From the IMG/VR virus record IMGVR_UViG_3300021090_000023, positions 1 through 56,902 of that record: DNA of 56,902 bases, one strand, 5' to 3'. Below are positions 9,415 through 17,884 of this stretch, one piece after another (positions within the stretch are counted from its first letter, which is position 1; every line of letters starts with the position of its first letter). Under the pieces are notes generated by a model. It did not search any database. It was not told where the DNA came from and saw only the letters and a program-made list of their open reading frames with translations. Both the position numbers and the translations under genes were made by a program. Origin of the DNA: a virus (taxonomy: Duplodnaviria > Caudoviricetes).

Positions 9415-9729
9415 ATGGGTATGCTCAGCGTTCTCTGGAACGCGATGAACAACCCCAACCCGCACTACAGGCAGCCTCCATGGACGGTACCAGCGGTGCA
9501 GGAGGTAGCCCGAGAGTCCGTGGACTCGGTCCGCGACTCCATCGAGGCCGAGGCGATGGAGGCCATCCTCGGGGAGATCACACCGGAACAGGTCGTCGAG
9601 CGGGCGGCGGAGAAGTGGATCGCCTCGATGCAGAATCCTGCAGAGTTCGAGTCCAAGGTTGCAGCTAAGATCACTGAGAAGTGCAAGCCGTCCGCGAGCA
9701 GGAGTAAGAAGTGCAAGAAGAGGGGATAA
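9415..9729 (+). CDS. hypothetical protein
   Basis: Packed ORF. Confidence 0.6.
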   Translation: MGMLSVLWNAMNNPNPHYRQPPWTVPAVQEVARESVDSVRDSIEAEAMEAILGEITPEQVVERAAEKWIASMQNPAEFESKVAAKITEKCKPSASRSKKCKKRG

Positions 9730-9733
9730 GATC

Positions 9734-9919
9734 GTGAAGAAGAGAGAGCAGAAGGTGATCGTCGAGGAGTCTGCAGGTATGGACGAGCTGTACGGGGAGT
9801 GGTTCGTCTGCCCGAAGTGCAGCGAGGCCGGGGTATTCTGGAAGACCAACTTCTGCCCAGACTGCGGTGTCGAGCTCGACTGGTCGAAGGTCGATAAGAA
9901 GAGAAAAGGAGGTCAATAA
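9734..9919 (+). CDS. zinc-ribbon protein
   Basis: CPKC…NFCPDCG. Confidence 0.7.
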   Translation: MKKREQKVIVEESAGMDELYGEWFVCPKCSEAGVFWKTNFCPDCGVELDWSKVDKKRKGGQ

Positions 9920-9922
9920 GAT

Positions 9923-10153
9923 ATGAGCAGTATGGAGAATTCCAGCTGGCAAAAAAATTGGCGGGAGGAGCGAGATGCCCTGAGCGCCAAGCTCGGCTTC
10001 GACTGCAGGAACGGCGGCCGGAGGATCGGGGAGATCATCGTCGAGCCGCTCCCCGACCTCCCCGGGAAGTGCCACCTCTCCGTCGCGGGCTCGATCGTCA
10101 CGGTCGATCAGGCCATCAGGATCAGGAATATCATCTATGGAGGAGGTGAGTGA
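9923..10153 (+). CDS. hypothetical protein
   Basis: RBS; packed ORF. Confidence 0.55.
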   Translation: MSSMENSSWQKNWREERDALSAKLGFDCRNGGRRIGEIIVEPLPDLPGKCHLSVAGSIVTVDQAIRIRNIIYGGGE

Positions 10154-10389
10154 TGAAGCTCTGGATACTTAGACCAATAGAGGGCGAGGGAGACTGGAGT
10201 GACGAATACGATGTGGCGCGCAGCTTCGTCGTGAGGGCGAGGTCCGAGAAGGATGCACGGAAACTCGTGCAGCCTTTTGCCGGAGACGAAGGGAGTAGGG
10301 TATGGACCCACCCGAAGAAGAGCACGTGCACGGAGCTCAAGGTCACGGGGAAGAAGGAAGTAATTATCAGAGACTTTCACGCTGGATAA
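10150..10389 (+). CDS. hypothetical protein, tandem paralog A
   Basis: MKLWIL…YDVARSFVVRARSEKDAR…CTELK…FHAG. Confidence 0.8.
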   Translation: MMKLWILRPIEGEGDWSDEYDVARSFVVRARSEKDARKLVQPFAGDEGSRVWTHPKKSTCTELKVTGKKEVIIRDFHAG

Positions 10390-10402
10390 TAAAAGGGGGC
10401 AA

Positions 10403-10651
10403 GTGATGAAGCTCTGGCTCCTCCAACCAGTTGATATGACTTCCCCGCCGTGGTACCGTAAGTACGACGTGGCGCTCGGCTTCGTCGTCAGGGCGGAGTC
10501 CGAGAGGGATGCACGGTCGCTCGTGCGGAAGCCCTTCGGCGTGGGGGACGAGGGCGACGACGTCTGGGCCTCCTCGAATATTACTACGTGCACGGAGCTA
10601 AAGGCAGAGGGACCAGCGAAAATCATAATATCAGCCTTCCACGCTGGATAG
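10403..10651 (+). CDS. hypothetical protein, tandem paralog B
   Basis: MKLWLL…YDVALGFVVRAESERDAR…CTELK…FHAG. Confidence 0.8.
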   Translation: MMKLWLLQPVDMTSPPWYRKYDVALGFVVRAESERDARSLVRKPFGVGDEGDDVWASSNITTCTELKAEGPAKIIISAFHAG

Positions 10652-10666
10652 AGAGGAGGAGGAAGA

Positions 10667-11020
10667 ATGAAGAAGGCGGCGCATCCAAACTCGACGCACC
10701 TCGGCGTCACCTGGCTCGAGCCCGAGGAGCTGACCTACCCGACCGGAGGGTTTACGAGGCGGGCGGTCGTCGTCATCAGGTCGAACGAGCACCACCCGAT
10801 CGAGGGCCTCCCGGTCGGCTCGACCCACGTCGTCACGTGCAGCGTCCCCGACACCTACTTCACGATCCCGGCGAGGCTCCGGCTCGGTGGGCACCGGCAC
10901 GGCGGGCGGACGATCCGGGGCTACGTCTCGGAGGTGGACGGGTTCTTCGCGTTCACCCCGGAGGCGGACCCTGCGCTCTGCACGACCTGCGAGGAGGGAG
11001 AGGGGTGCAAGAAGAAGTAG
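10667..11020 (+). CDS. hypothetical protein
   Basis: GGAGGAGG RBS; PDTYFTIPARL motif. Confidence 0.75.
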   Translation: MKKAAHPNSTHLGVTWLEPEELTYPTGGFTRRAVVVIRSNEHHPIEGLPVGSTHVVTCSVPDTYFTIPARLRLGGHRHGGRTIRGYVSEVDGFFAFTPEADPALCTTCEEGEGCKKK

Positions 11021-11056
11021 TCGAGGAGTTCACACTCAAGCAAGGAGGTCGGGGAG

Positions 11057-11470
11057 ATGTGCATGCTAGGAGCTGCTCTCGAGGTCAAGACGGTCCCGAG
11101 GGGGAAGGCCATCGGGGCCGTGAAGAGGATGTCGAGGTCCTACAAGGAGGGGGAGGGGGGTCGGCTCCAGGCAGCCTGCTTCACGGAGATACGGTTCTTC
11201 CTCGGGAGGAAGCGCGTCAAGCTCTACGAGATGGGCGGAGTGCACAGGACCGTGAAGCCGACGTGGGGTCGGCTCGAGAGGGACTGCTACGGGACCGCTC
11301 TCCGCGACCCGGAGGGGAACGGGCGCGGGTTCTGGGCCTACAAGAGCAAGTACGTGGAGAGGGAGTACTTGCAGGGCACGTGTACCGCCGCCGTCCTCCT
11401 CTGGGGGAGGGTCGTCATCCACGAGAAGGGGTACAGGGCAGAGTTCTGCAAGGTCGTCCGGCTGCTGTGA
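11057..11470 (+). CDS. hypothetical protein
   Basis: RBS; GFWAYK…LWGRVVIHEKGYRAE. Confidence 0.7.
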   Translation: MCMLGAALEVKTVPRGKAIGAVKRMSRSYKEGEGGRLQAACFTEIRFFLGRKRVKLYEMGGVHRTVKPTWGRLERDCYGTALRDPEGNGRGFWAYKSKYVEREYLQGTCTAAVLLWGRVVIHEKGYRAEFCKVVRLL

Positions 11471-11512
11471 GCGAGAAGGAGTGGTACCTCATGACCAGAG
11501 AGGAGTGGACCG

Positions 11513-11740
11513 ATGCCTGCCGAGAAGCCGTCCGGAAAGAAGCGGAGAGAGTCGCAGCTCAGCGAGAAGTGGTTCGTCCACAAGTCGAGCCGGAACAAGT
11601 TCAGGGTCACGAGGCTCCATGATCTCCACGCCGAGATCCTCAACGCCGACGGGACGGTGGGCCTCGTGAACCTGGACCTGCTCCTCCACGACATCGAGGC
11701 CGGGCTCTACGAGACGGAGCCGGTCAGGAAGGGAGGGTGA
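11513..11740 (+). CDS. hypothetical protein
   Basis: RBS and overlap with next gene. Confidence 0.55.
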   Translation: MPAEKPSGKKRRESQLSEKWFVHKSSRNKFRVTRLHDLHAEILNADGTVGLVNLDLLLHDIEAGLYETEPVRKGG

Positions 11741-12018
11741 GAATGGGCTGGTCTATAGTCCTAACGTCGGACAGAGAGATAAGTCCAGAGGAAGTCGAGG
11801 CGATACTTATTGAGAACGGCGAGTACAAGGGGTTTATGGGATTTAAACCGAGACAGAACTGGGGATGGTCCGTCGCCGTAGACGTCAGTAATCCAGAGGG
11901 CAAGAGGCTCCGCCTCGGCGGATCGTACGGCATAAGCGGGAACATCGCGGAGTCGTTCGCGGATGCAATGGCAGCCGGGCTCGTGAAGCGCGGTCATAAA
12001 ATCAAGAGATGGAGGTGA
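11737..12018 (+). CDS. hypothetical protein
   Basis: RBS GGGAGGG. Confidence 0.65.
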   Translation: MRMGWSIVLTSDREISPEEVEAILIENGEYKGFMGFKPRQNWGWSVAVDVSNPEGKRLRLGGSYGISGNIAESFADAMAAGLVKRGHKIKRWR

Positions 12019-12023
12019 CAAGA

Positions 12024-12296
12024 ATGGTAACGAGGCCGCTGAGGGGAGGAGATAGGGAAGACTGGATCAAGTGGTTCGAGACGTTCGGCGCGGGAAGGTT
12101 CTACGACAGCTTCGTCGCGAGCGCGCAGGACGCGCGTGGGACGTGCCGGCACTGCGGAGAGTACATCTACCTCGACATCGTCGAGGGCGGCGGGGTCCCG
12201 GACTGGCGCACCGCCGACGGCGACTATGGATGCGGCGATTCACCAGATACATGCGACGAGGGGACCGGCTCGCACATTCCACTCAAGAGGAGGTAG
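12024..12296 (+). CDS. Cys-motif hypothetical protein
   Basis: GGAGG RBS; CRHCGE. Confidence 0.65.
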   Translation: MVTRPLRGGDREDWIKWFETFGAGRFYDSFVASAQDARGTCRHCGEYIYLDIVEGGGVPDWRTADGDYGCGDSPDTCDEGTGSHIPLKRR

Positions 12297-12301
12297 TCTC
12301 C

Positions 12302-13876
12302 ATGACGAAGTTCATCGAGAAGTTCCTAGAGCACAGGTGCGCGGGGTTCCCGATCCTCTATGTGCAGACGCACGAGGAGCAGCGCCTGATCGCCGAGTTC
12401 GCAGAGCTCTTCGGCGCGGCGGACTGGCAGGACCCGATCTACCACTGGTCGAGCGTGATAGGCATCCAGCAGATCGGGAGCGACGCGCCGCCGGAGCACG
12501 AGACGAACGCCGTCGAGGTCCTGAAGCGGGTCGTCACCCTCCCGGGAGGGAGCGTCGTCGTCTTCAAGGACGCCTCGATCCCAACCCTCGCCCGGAACCT
12601 CAGGGACATGCTCGGGCACCTCGAGGGCACCGGGAAGACGCTCGTCTTCGTGAGCCCGGCGATCTCCGTCCCCCTGGAGCTGGAGAAGGACGTCACCCTC
12701 CTCGCGTATCCGCTCCCGACGAGGGAGCAGCTCAGGGCGATCCTCGGGAAGATCGTCCTGGAGCAGGAGGGAGCGCACAGGGTCACGATAGACATTAAGG
12801 AGGGGGCGAGGGTCGCGGACGCGGCCTCGGGCCTCACGGCGAACGAGGCGAAGAACACCTTCTCGCTGGCGATCGCCCGGCACGGGAGGCTCGACGCGGC
12901 GGCGGTCAGGACGGTCCTCGCGGAGAAGGCCGGGGCGCTGAAGAAGTCGCGGCTGCTCGAGTGGATCGAGTCCGACCAGCCCCTGACGAAGCTCGGCGGG
13001 TTCGGGGCCGTCAAGGCGTACCTCGACGTCATCGCTCCGATATTCTGGAAGCCCGACGCCGCCCTGAAGTTCGGCCTCAGGCCGGAGGACTTCCCGCGGT
13101 CCATCCTCTTCACCGGACCGCCGGGGACGGGGAAGTCGATGGCGGCGCAGCTCATCGCGAACCACCTCGGCATCGGGTGCGTCAGGACCGACTTCGGGAT
13201 GATCTTCTCGGCGGGCGGCGGGCGCGTCGGCGCGGCGGAGGAGAACATCGTCCGGAGGAACGACCTGGTCGAGGCGATGGAACCCGTCGAGGACTGGTGG
13301 GATGAAGCGGAGAAGGGCCTGACCGGCGCGAGCGGGGCGAGCGTCCAGAACCCATGGGAGGCGCGGGTCGCCGGGACGCTCCTCACGTGGTTCGAGATGC
13401 ACCGGGCGCAGGTCCTCGTCGTCGCGACGGTCAACAAGCAGGAGATCCTCGCCCCGGAGATGCTCTCGAGGTTCCAGAAGGTCTACTTCGTGGACCTCCC
13501 GACGCTCACGGAGCGGGTAGAGATCTTCCGGAGTCAGATCGGCGACCGCCCGGTAGTCAAGGGCTGCCTCGGGGATGGGGAGCTGAAGCGGCTCGCCGAG
13601 CTCGCCGAGAAATTCTCGGGGCGGGAGATCAGGAACGCCGTCCAGCAGGGGTGCAGGCTCGCCTTCTCCAGGAAGGCGAAGGCCGCGGGGTACGACGACA
13701 TCTTCGATGGGATCAAGTCGATCACACCGGTGGCGAAGATCAGGAAGGGGGAGATCGAGCGGCTCCAGGACTGGGCGACGGAGAACAACATCGAGTGGGC
13801 GTCGAGCGCGCCCGACAACCCGCACGCGGTGCAGACGGCGAGGCCGCGCGCCATCAGGCTACCCAACAACAAGTAG
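12302..13876 (+). CDS. AAA+ ATPase, Ycf46-like (inactive N-terminal module plus active AAA domain)
   Basis: YVQTHEEQR N-terminus, P.ELEK, Walker A GPPGTGKS, Walker B WWDEAEK, VATVN, FFVDLP-like, FSGREI. Confidence 0.9.
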   Translation: MTKFIEKFLEHRCAGFPILYVQTHEEQRLIAEFAELFGAADWQDPIYHWSSVIGIQQIGSDAPPEHETNAVEVLKRVVTLPGGSVVVFKDASIPTLARNLRDMLGHLEGTGKTLVFVSPAISVPLELEKDVTLLAYPLPTREQLRAILGKIVLEQEGAHRVTIDIKEGARVADAASGLTANEAKNTFSLAIARHGRLDAAAVRTVLAEKAGALKKSRLLEWIESDQPLTKLGGFGAVKAYLDVIAPIFWKPDAALKFGLRPEDFPRSILFTGPPGTGKSMAAQLIANHLGIGCVRTDFGMIFSAGGGRVGAAEENIVRRNDLVEAMEPVEDWWDEAEKGLTGASGASVQNPWEARVAGTLLTWFEMHRAQVLVVATVNKQEILAPEMLSRFQKVYFVDLPTLTERVEIFRSQIGDRPVVKGCLGDGELKRLAELAEKFSGREIRNAVQQGCRLAFSRKAKAAGYDDIFDGIKSITPVAKIRKGEIERLQDWATENNIEWASSAPDNPHAVQTARPRAIRLPNNK

Positions 13877-13895
13877 GGACGGAGGACGAGAGACC

Positions 13896-14471
13896 ATGTC
13901 AGACTACTCGGTGACGCTCAAGAGGTCGGACTTCAGGAACGAGACAGCCTACCTCATCGAGGGTGGGATCTCGAACGGGAAGTGGGCGATCCGGACGGGG
14001 GCCGTGAGCAACGCGGCACTCTTCAAGACGGAAGCGCTGACGAAAGCGTTCGTAGGGGACATCGGGTCCGGGGCAATAGCGAAGACGCACGCCAGCTTCG
14101 AGTCCATCGCGCCGGGAGGCCAGCTTCACGAGTGGACGGCGACGCCCTTCCTCTTCGAGGCGGGGAGCGGGACGGCGCGGATATTCAGGAGCACCAAGAC
14201 GGGCGAGCTGACGGGGATCGACAGGCGGTTCCTCGCCCTCTTCAGGGAGGATAGGAGGTTCGCCTCGCTCTACGGTAGGGGACCCAAGTACCCGTTCCTC
14301 TTCGGGGGAAAGACGATCAAGGAGGCAGCGGCGATCTTCATGCCTATGGTACTCGACCTGCTTCCGAGGGAGCCCGCAGTAGTGGGGACGGGAGAGGAAC
14401 CGATACCGGGAAGGACAGAAGACCCGGGAGTAATCGCAGCTGCACAGAGACGGCGGTTGAAGAAGCGGTGA
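13896..14471 (+). CDS. hypothetical protein
   Basis: GGAGG RBS; 191-aa ORF. Confidence 0.7.
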   Translation: MSDYSVTLKRSDFRNETAYLIEGGISNGKWAIRTGAVSNAALFKTEALTKAFVGDIGSGAIAKTHASFESIAPGGQLHEWTATPFLFEAGSGTARIFRSTKTGELTGIDRRFLALFREDRRFASLYGRGPKYPFLFGGKTIKEAAAIFMPMVLDLLPREPAVVGTGEEPIPGRTEDPGVIAAAQRRRLKKR

Positions 14472-14502
14472 ACCATCAACCACCTCAGGGGAGGTAACAA
14501 GC

Positions 14503-15486
14503 ATGGCGAGCAAGAAGGGGCAGACGAAGGCGAGGCCCAAGTCCAAATATAAGTCCAGGGAGCAGGCGGACCCCATCCCCGTAGAGATGGCGGACGCCCT
14601 GGAGCGGGGCGTCGTCCTCTACGTCAAGATGGGGGCGCCGGGGTTCCTCAGTGGGATTGACGTCGAGAACGTCGACGCCGGAGACGTGGACCCGGAGATG
14701 CTCCGCCTCTCGAAGAAGACGCTCGACTGCACGCAGTACAAGGCCATGAAGAGCATCCACGGGCAGGTGAAGAAGTATCTCCGGGCGCGGACCCTCCCGA
14801 CGCCGAGGTGGCTGAAGAGCTCGTACTTCATCCCCGACGGGCTGGTCGCGGAGACGATGGCGGGGGTGCAGCACTTCATCGACCTCCACGACGACGAGTA
14901 CCTCCCGGCCTTCCTCAGGGTCTACAGGGAGGAGAAGGCGAGGGCGAGGGAGCGGCTCAAGAAGCTCTACGACGAGTCCGACTACCCGAGCGTCGAGAAC
15001 CTCCGGAGGTCGTGCTACATCAGGCAGGAGGTCATAGAGCAGCGGACGCCGACGAAGCTCGAGGCCATCAGCCCCTCGCTCTACAGGGAGCAGCGGGAGG
15101 CGCTCCGCCAGAAGGCGGCGGAGACGATGCAGGACGCAAAGCTCTACCTCAGGGACACGCTCTTCAAGCTCCTGACGCACCTCCACGAGAAGCTCGCCGC
15201 GAGCGACCCGGCCACGGGGAGGCCGATGGCCATCCGGAAGTCGGCGGTCGAGAACATCGAGGACTTCCTGAAGTTCTTCGAGCCGAGGGACGTAAACAAG
15301 GACGCCCCCATGCAGGCGATGATCGAGAAGCTCCGGAGGAGCATGACGGGGCTGGACCTGGAGACCGTCAAGCACGACGAGAAGTACCGGGCGTCGATGG
15401 CGGCGGCCGTCGGCGCGATCACCAAGGACCTCGGCGCGCTCGTCACGGTGGCGCCGAGGAAGATCCGCCTGCCGAAGGCGGGCTAG
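14503..15486 (+). CDS. DUF3150-like helical protein
   Basis: LSKKTLD, SYFIP, LYDESDYPS motifs; location downstream of a Ycf46-like AAA gene. Confidence 0.65.
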   Translation: MASKKGQTKARPKSKYKSREQADPIPVEMADALERGVVLYVKMGAPGFLSGIDVENVDAGDVDPEMLRLSKKTLDCTQYKAMKSIHGQVKKYLRARTLPTPRWLKSSYFIPDGLVAETMAGVQHFIDLHDDEYLPAFLRVYREEKARARERLKKLYDESDYPSVENLRRSCYIRQEVIEQRTPTKLEAISPSLYREQREALRQKAAETMQDAKLYLRDTLFKLLTHLHEKLAASDPATGRPMAIRKSAVENIEDFLKFFEPRDVNKDAPMQAMIEKLRRSMTGLDLETVKHDEKYRASMAAAVGAITKDLGALVTVAPRKIRLPKAG

Positions 15487-15492
15487 AGGGGG

Positions 15493-15675
15493 ATGAAGGA
15501 CAGGGGGAGGGAGTATCTAGTCCAGAAGATGGAGAAGTCGAGGTGCCCCGACTGCGGCACACCGGTCGACCTCCTCATTCGCCGCGACGGGGGCGGGCCG
15601 ATCTTCTACATCTGCTTCGCGGACCGCATGGTAGCCCAGGCAGGAGCCGGGAGAGTCCCGAGGGAGAAGGGGTGA
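15493..15675 (+). CDS. small zinc-finger protein
   Basis: CPDCG…FYICFAD. Confidence 0.6.
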   Translation: MKDRGREYLVQKMEKSRCPDCGTPVDLLIRRDGGGPIFYICFADRMVAQAGAGRVPREKG

Positions 15676-15676
15676 G

Positions 15677-15871
15677 ATGGAGGGAAGAGGTACCGAGGTC
15701 GTGGTCGGGAGGTGGTACTTCCGGCACCTGGCGGAGGAGCAGCGGCGGGAGTACGAGGGGCGGAACCCTAGGTGGACGGTCGAGGTCCGGGAGGTGCTCT
15801 ACCCGCAGACCCAGTCGACGCGCCCGACGTACGTCGTGATCCTCGTCGTCGAGGGGGAGGGGGGTGCGTAG
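15677..15871 (+). CDS. hypothetical protein
   Basis: Packed ORF ending 4 nt before array 1. Confidence 0.55.
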   Translation: MEGRGTEVVVGRWYFRHLAEEQRREYEGRNPRWTVEVREVLYPQTQSTRPTYVVILVVEGEGGA

Positions 15872-15875
15872 GGGG

Positions 15876-16679
15876 GGAGGAGCCAACGTCGCCGAGAGTA
15901 GCAAACCGGATGATCGAGTCAGGTGGCGAGAAGGTTCCAAGTCGAAAGAGCGAGTCAGAGTTTCAGAAGGTAGCATGTCGAGAGAGCGAGTCAGATCGCC
16001 TCCAGGGGCCAGATCCCACGAGCGAGCCGGGATCAGAGAGAGCAACAAATCCCAAGAGCGAGTCACATGAGAAGAGGGAACCAACGCAGAAGAGCGAGCC
16101 GTCGTCCGAGAGCGCGCCATACACGATCAGCGAGTCAAGTACTCCGAGGGTGCCAATGAGGCAGAGCGAGTCAGGTGCAGAGAGAGTAGCACACTACTTG
16201 AGCGAGTCAGGTCGCAAGAACGTAGCAATAGCACAGAGCGAGCCACTTGGTCATAAGGTATCAGAGTTCGAGAGCGAGTCATGCGAGGGTAATGTACCAC
16301 AATAGGAGAGCGAGTCAGCGTCCGGGAGAGTAACCAAAGAGGGGAGCGAGGCAAAGTCGAGGAGGGTACCACACCGGAGAAGAGCGAGTCAGTTCATAGG
16401 AAAGTATCAGAGTTGGGGAGCGAGTCACGTGAGGAGAGGGCATCAATCAAATGGAGCGAGTCACCGAGGCAGAGGGTTCCAAACTAGCGGAGCGAGCCAT
16501 TAGGTGTAATAGTAACAACTACCAGGAGCGAGCCACGTTAGGAGAGGGCGTCAAACCAAGTAAGCGGGCCAGTAACGGGGAGTGCACCAATCATGGAGAG
16601 CGAGCCATGGCGCGCGAGAGTACCGAGAGATGGGAGCGAGCCAGAACGACAGAGGGTAGCAATATTCGTGAGCGCGCAG
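15876..16679 (+). ncRNA. TIGR-type dual-repeat guide RNA array 1 (22 units of ~36 nt)
   Basis: GAGCGAG(T/C)CA at 15948, 15984, 16020, 16056 … 16634 with 36-nt period, alternating with GAG(A/G)GTAnCA; 8-nt variable segments between them. Confidence 0.9.
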
Positions 16680-16710
16680 TAAACCTAGAGAAGAGGAGGG
16701 TAAGGAGGCA

Positions 16711-17238
16711 GTGCCTTATGGCGTAAAGATCTTACCGAGGACAGATGATACGGCTAAGTTGAGACGTACAATTAGGAGGATAAAAGTAGTTACAGATAGA
16801 GGATGCTGGATCTTACCTCCTCGATTATCTACCCAGCAAGGCCGTCCGATGCTAACAGTAAAAGGATATAAGGTAAGACTAGCACGTGCAGTCTACGAGA
16901 TATGGTATGGTCCATTAGGGAAGAAATTTGCTCTTCACTCATGCGATAATGAGCGATGCTTTAACCCAGTCCACCTATGGAAAGGTACCCAGAAGCAAAA
17001 TATAAAGGACGCCGCTAAGAAAGGGAGGATGTATCGAGGACCTCATCCATGGGCCCCTAGAGGTAAAGATCATTTTGCATATAAAAACCCCAAGAAATGG
17101 AAAGTACACCTAAAGAAGATGATACTCGGACAAGAAGGGAGGCGACCTACTGGTAGTAATCACTGGAGTAAGCGTCATCCTATAAGATGGAAAGAGATGT
17201 TACTCGAACGAGAAAGGAAAAGAAAATCAGTCATATAG
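16711..17238 (+). CDS. stand-alone HNH endonuclease (HNH_3/homing type)
   Basis: GCWI, ARAVYE, ALHSCDNERCFNPVHLWKGTQKQN; AT-rich relative to flanks; AGGAGG RBS before GTG. Confidence 0.9.
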   Translation: MPYGVKILPRTDDTAKLRRTIRRIKVVTDRGCWILPPRLSTQQGRPMLTVKGYKVRLARAVYEIWYGPLGKKFALHSCDNERCFNPVHLWKGTQKQNIKDAAKKGRMYRGPHPWAPRGKDHFAYKNPKKWKVHLKKMILGQEGRRPTGSNHWSKRHPIRWKEMLLERERKRKSVI

Positions 17239-17669
17239 TCAGGGTGGAGTGCAAGGTCGAGGACGAGGAGCTGGTCGCCCGCGCGGCGGAGCGGCTCGGC
17301 CTCGCGGTCGAGCGGAACGCCGTCCCCCGCTACTGGGGGAGCGCCTACGGAGGCGGGGAGAGCGAGACCTGCGACCTGGTCGTGAAGCTCCCCGGGAAGT
17401 ACGACCTCGGGGTCAAGCGGGGGGAGGACGGGACGTACCGGTGGGTCTGCGACACCGAGCTGCTCGAGGGGGCCTACGGGGCGGACGACCCCGGGCGGAA
17501 GCTCCTGGGGGAGCACGCGGAGCACCTCATGACCGCCTACGGCTGCGCCGCCGTCGAGCGCGACCTCCTCCAGGGGGCGGCGTATCAGACCTCGGTAGGG
17601 GCGGACGGGACGGTGTACTACGACGTCGATGAGAGTGAGCTCAACCGGATCGGGTATCAGAGGGACTAG
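17187..17669 (+). CDS. DUF1257 (Ycf35-like) protein; true start uncertain, near 17226
   Basis: SHIVRVECKVED…AAERLGL…YDLGV…YRWVCD; AAA/DUF2997 context. Confidence 0.7.
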   Translation: MERDVTRTRKEKKISHIVRVECKVEDEELVARAAERLGLAVERNAVPRYWGSAYGGGESETCDLVVKLPGKYDLGVKRGEDGTYRWVCDTELLEGAYGADDPGRKLLGEHAEHLMTAYGCAAVERDLLQGAAYQTSVGADGTVYYDVDESELNRIGYQRD

Positions 17670-17671
17670 GC

Positions 17672-17884
17672 GTGCACTTTACGTTCGTCGTCGAGGTGGA
17701 GGTCGAGCGCGCGCACGGGAAGTTCGCGACCCGAGAGGAGATAGCGGTGCAGATTCAGGAGGCGCTCGAGGGGGCGGACCCGGGGCAGTACGACGCGGAG
17801 AACGAGGGGGAGTACGGGACCACGTCGTGGGACGTCAGAGATCACTCGGTACCCAAAACCAAACAGAGGAGGAAGAGGACATGA
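17672..17884 (+). CDS. hypothetical protein
   Basis: Packed ORF, ATGA-coupled to the Tas gene. Confidence 0.65.
   Translation: MHFTFVVEVEVERAHGKFATREEIAVQIQEALEGADPGQYDAENEGEYGTTSWDVRDHSVPKTKQRRKRT

Noticed and set aside
12326-13825. Long antisense ORFs (also 3783-4574, 41142-42536, 48405-49481 and others)
   Set aside because: GC-rich codon shadows of well-supported + strand genes
15772-16726. ORFs over array 1 (SES/ERV/LTRS repeats)
   Set aside because: Translations of the 36-nt RNA repeat; frames are broken by stops and off-length units
17629-17880. N-terminal extension of the 515-aa Tas ORF
   Set aside because: Overlaps two better ORFs; ATG 17881 has an RBS and ATGA coupling
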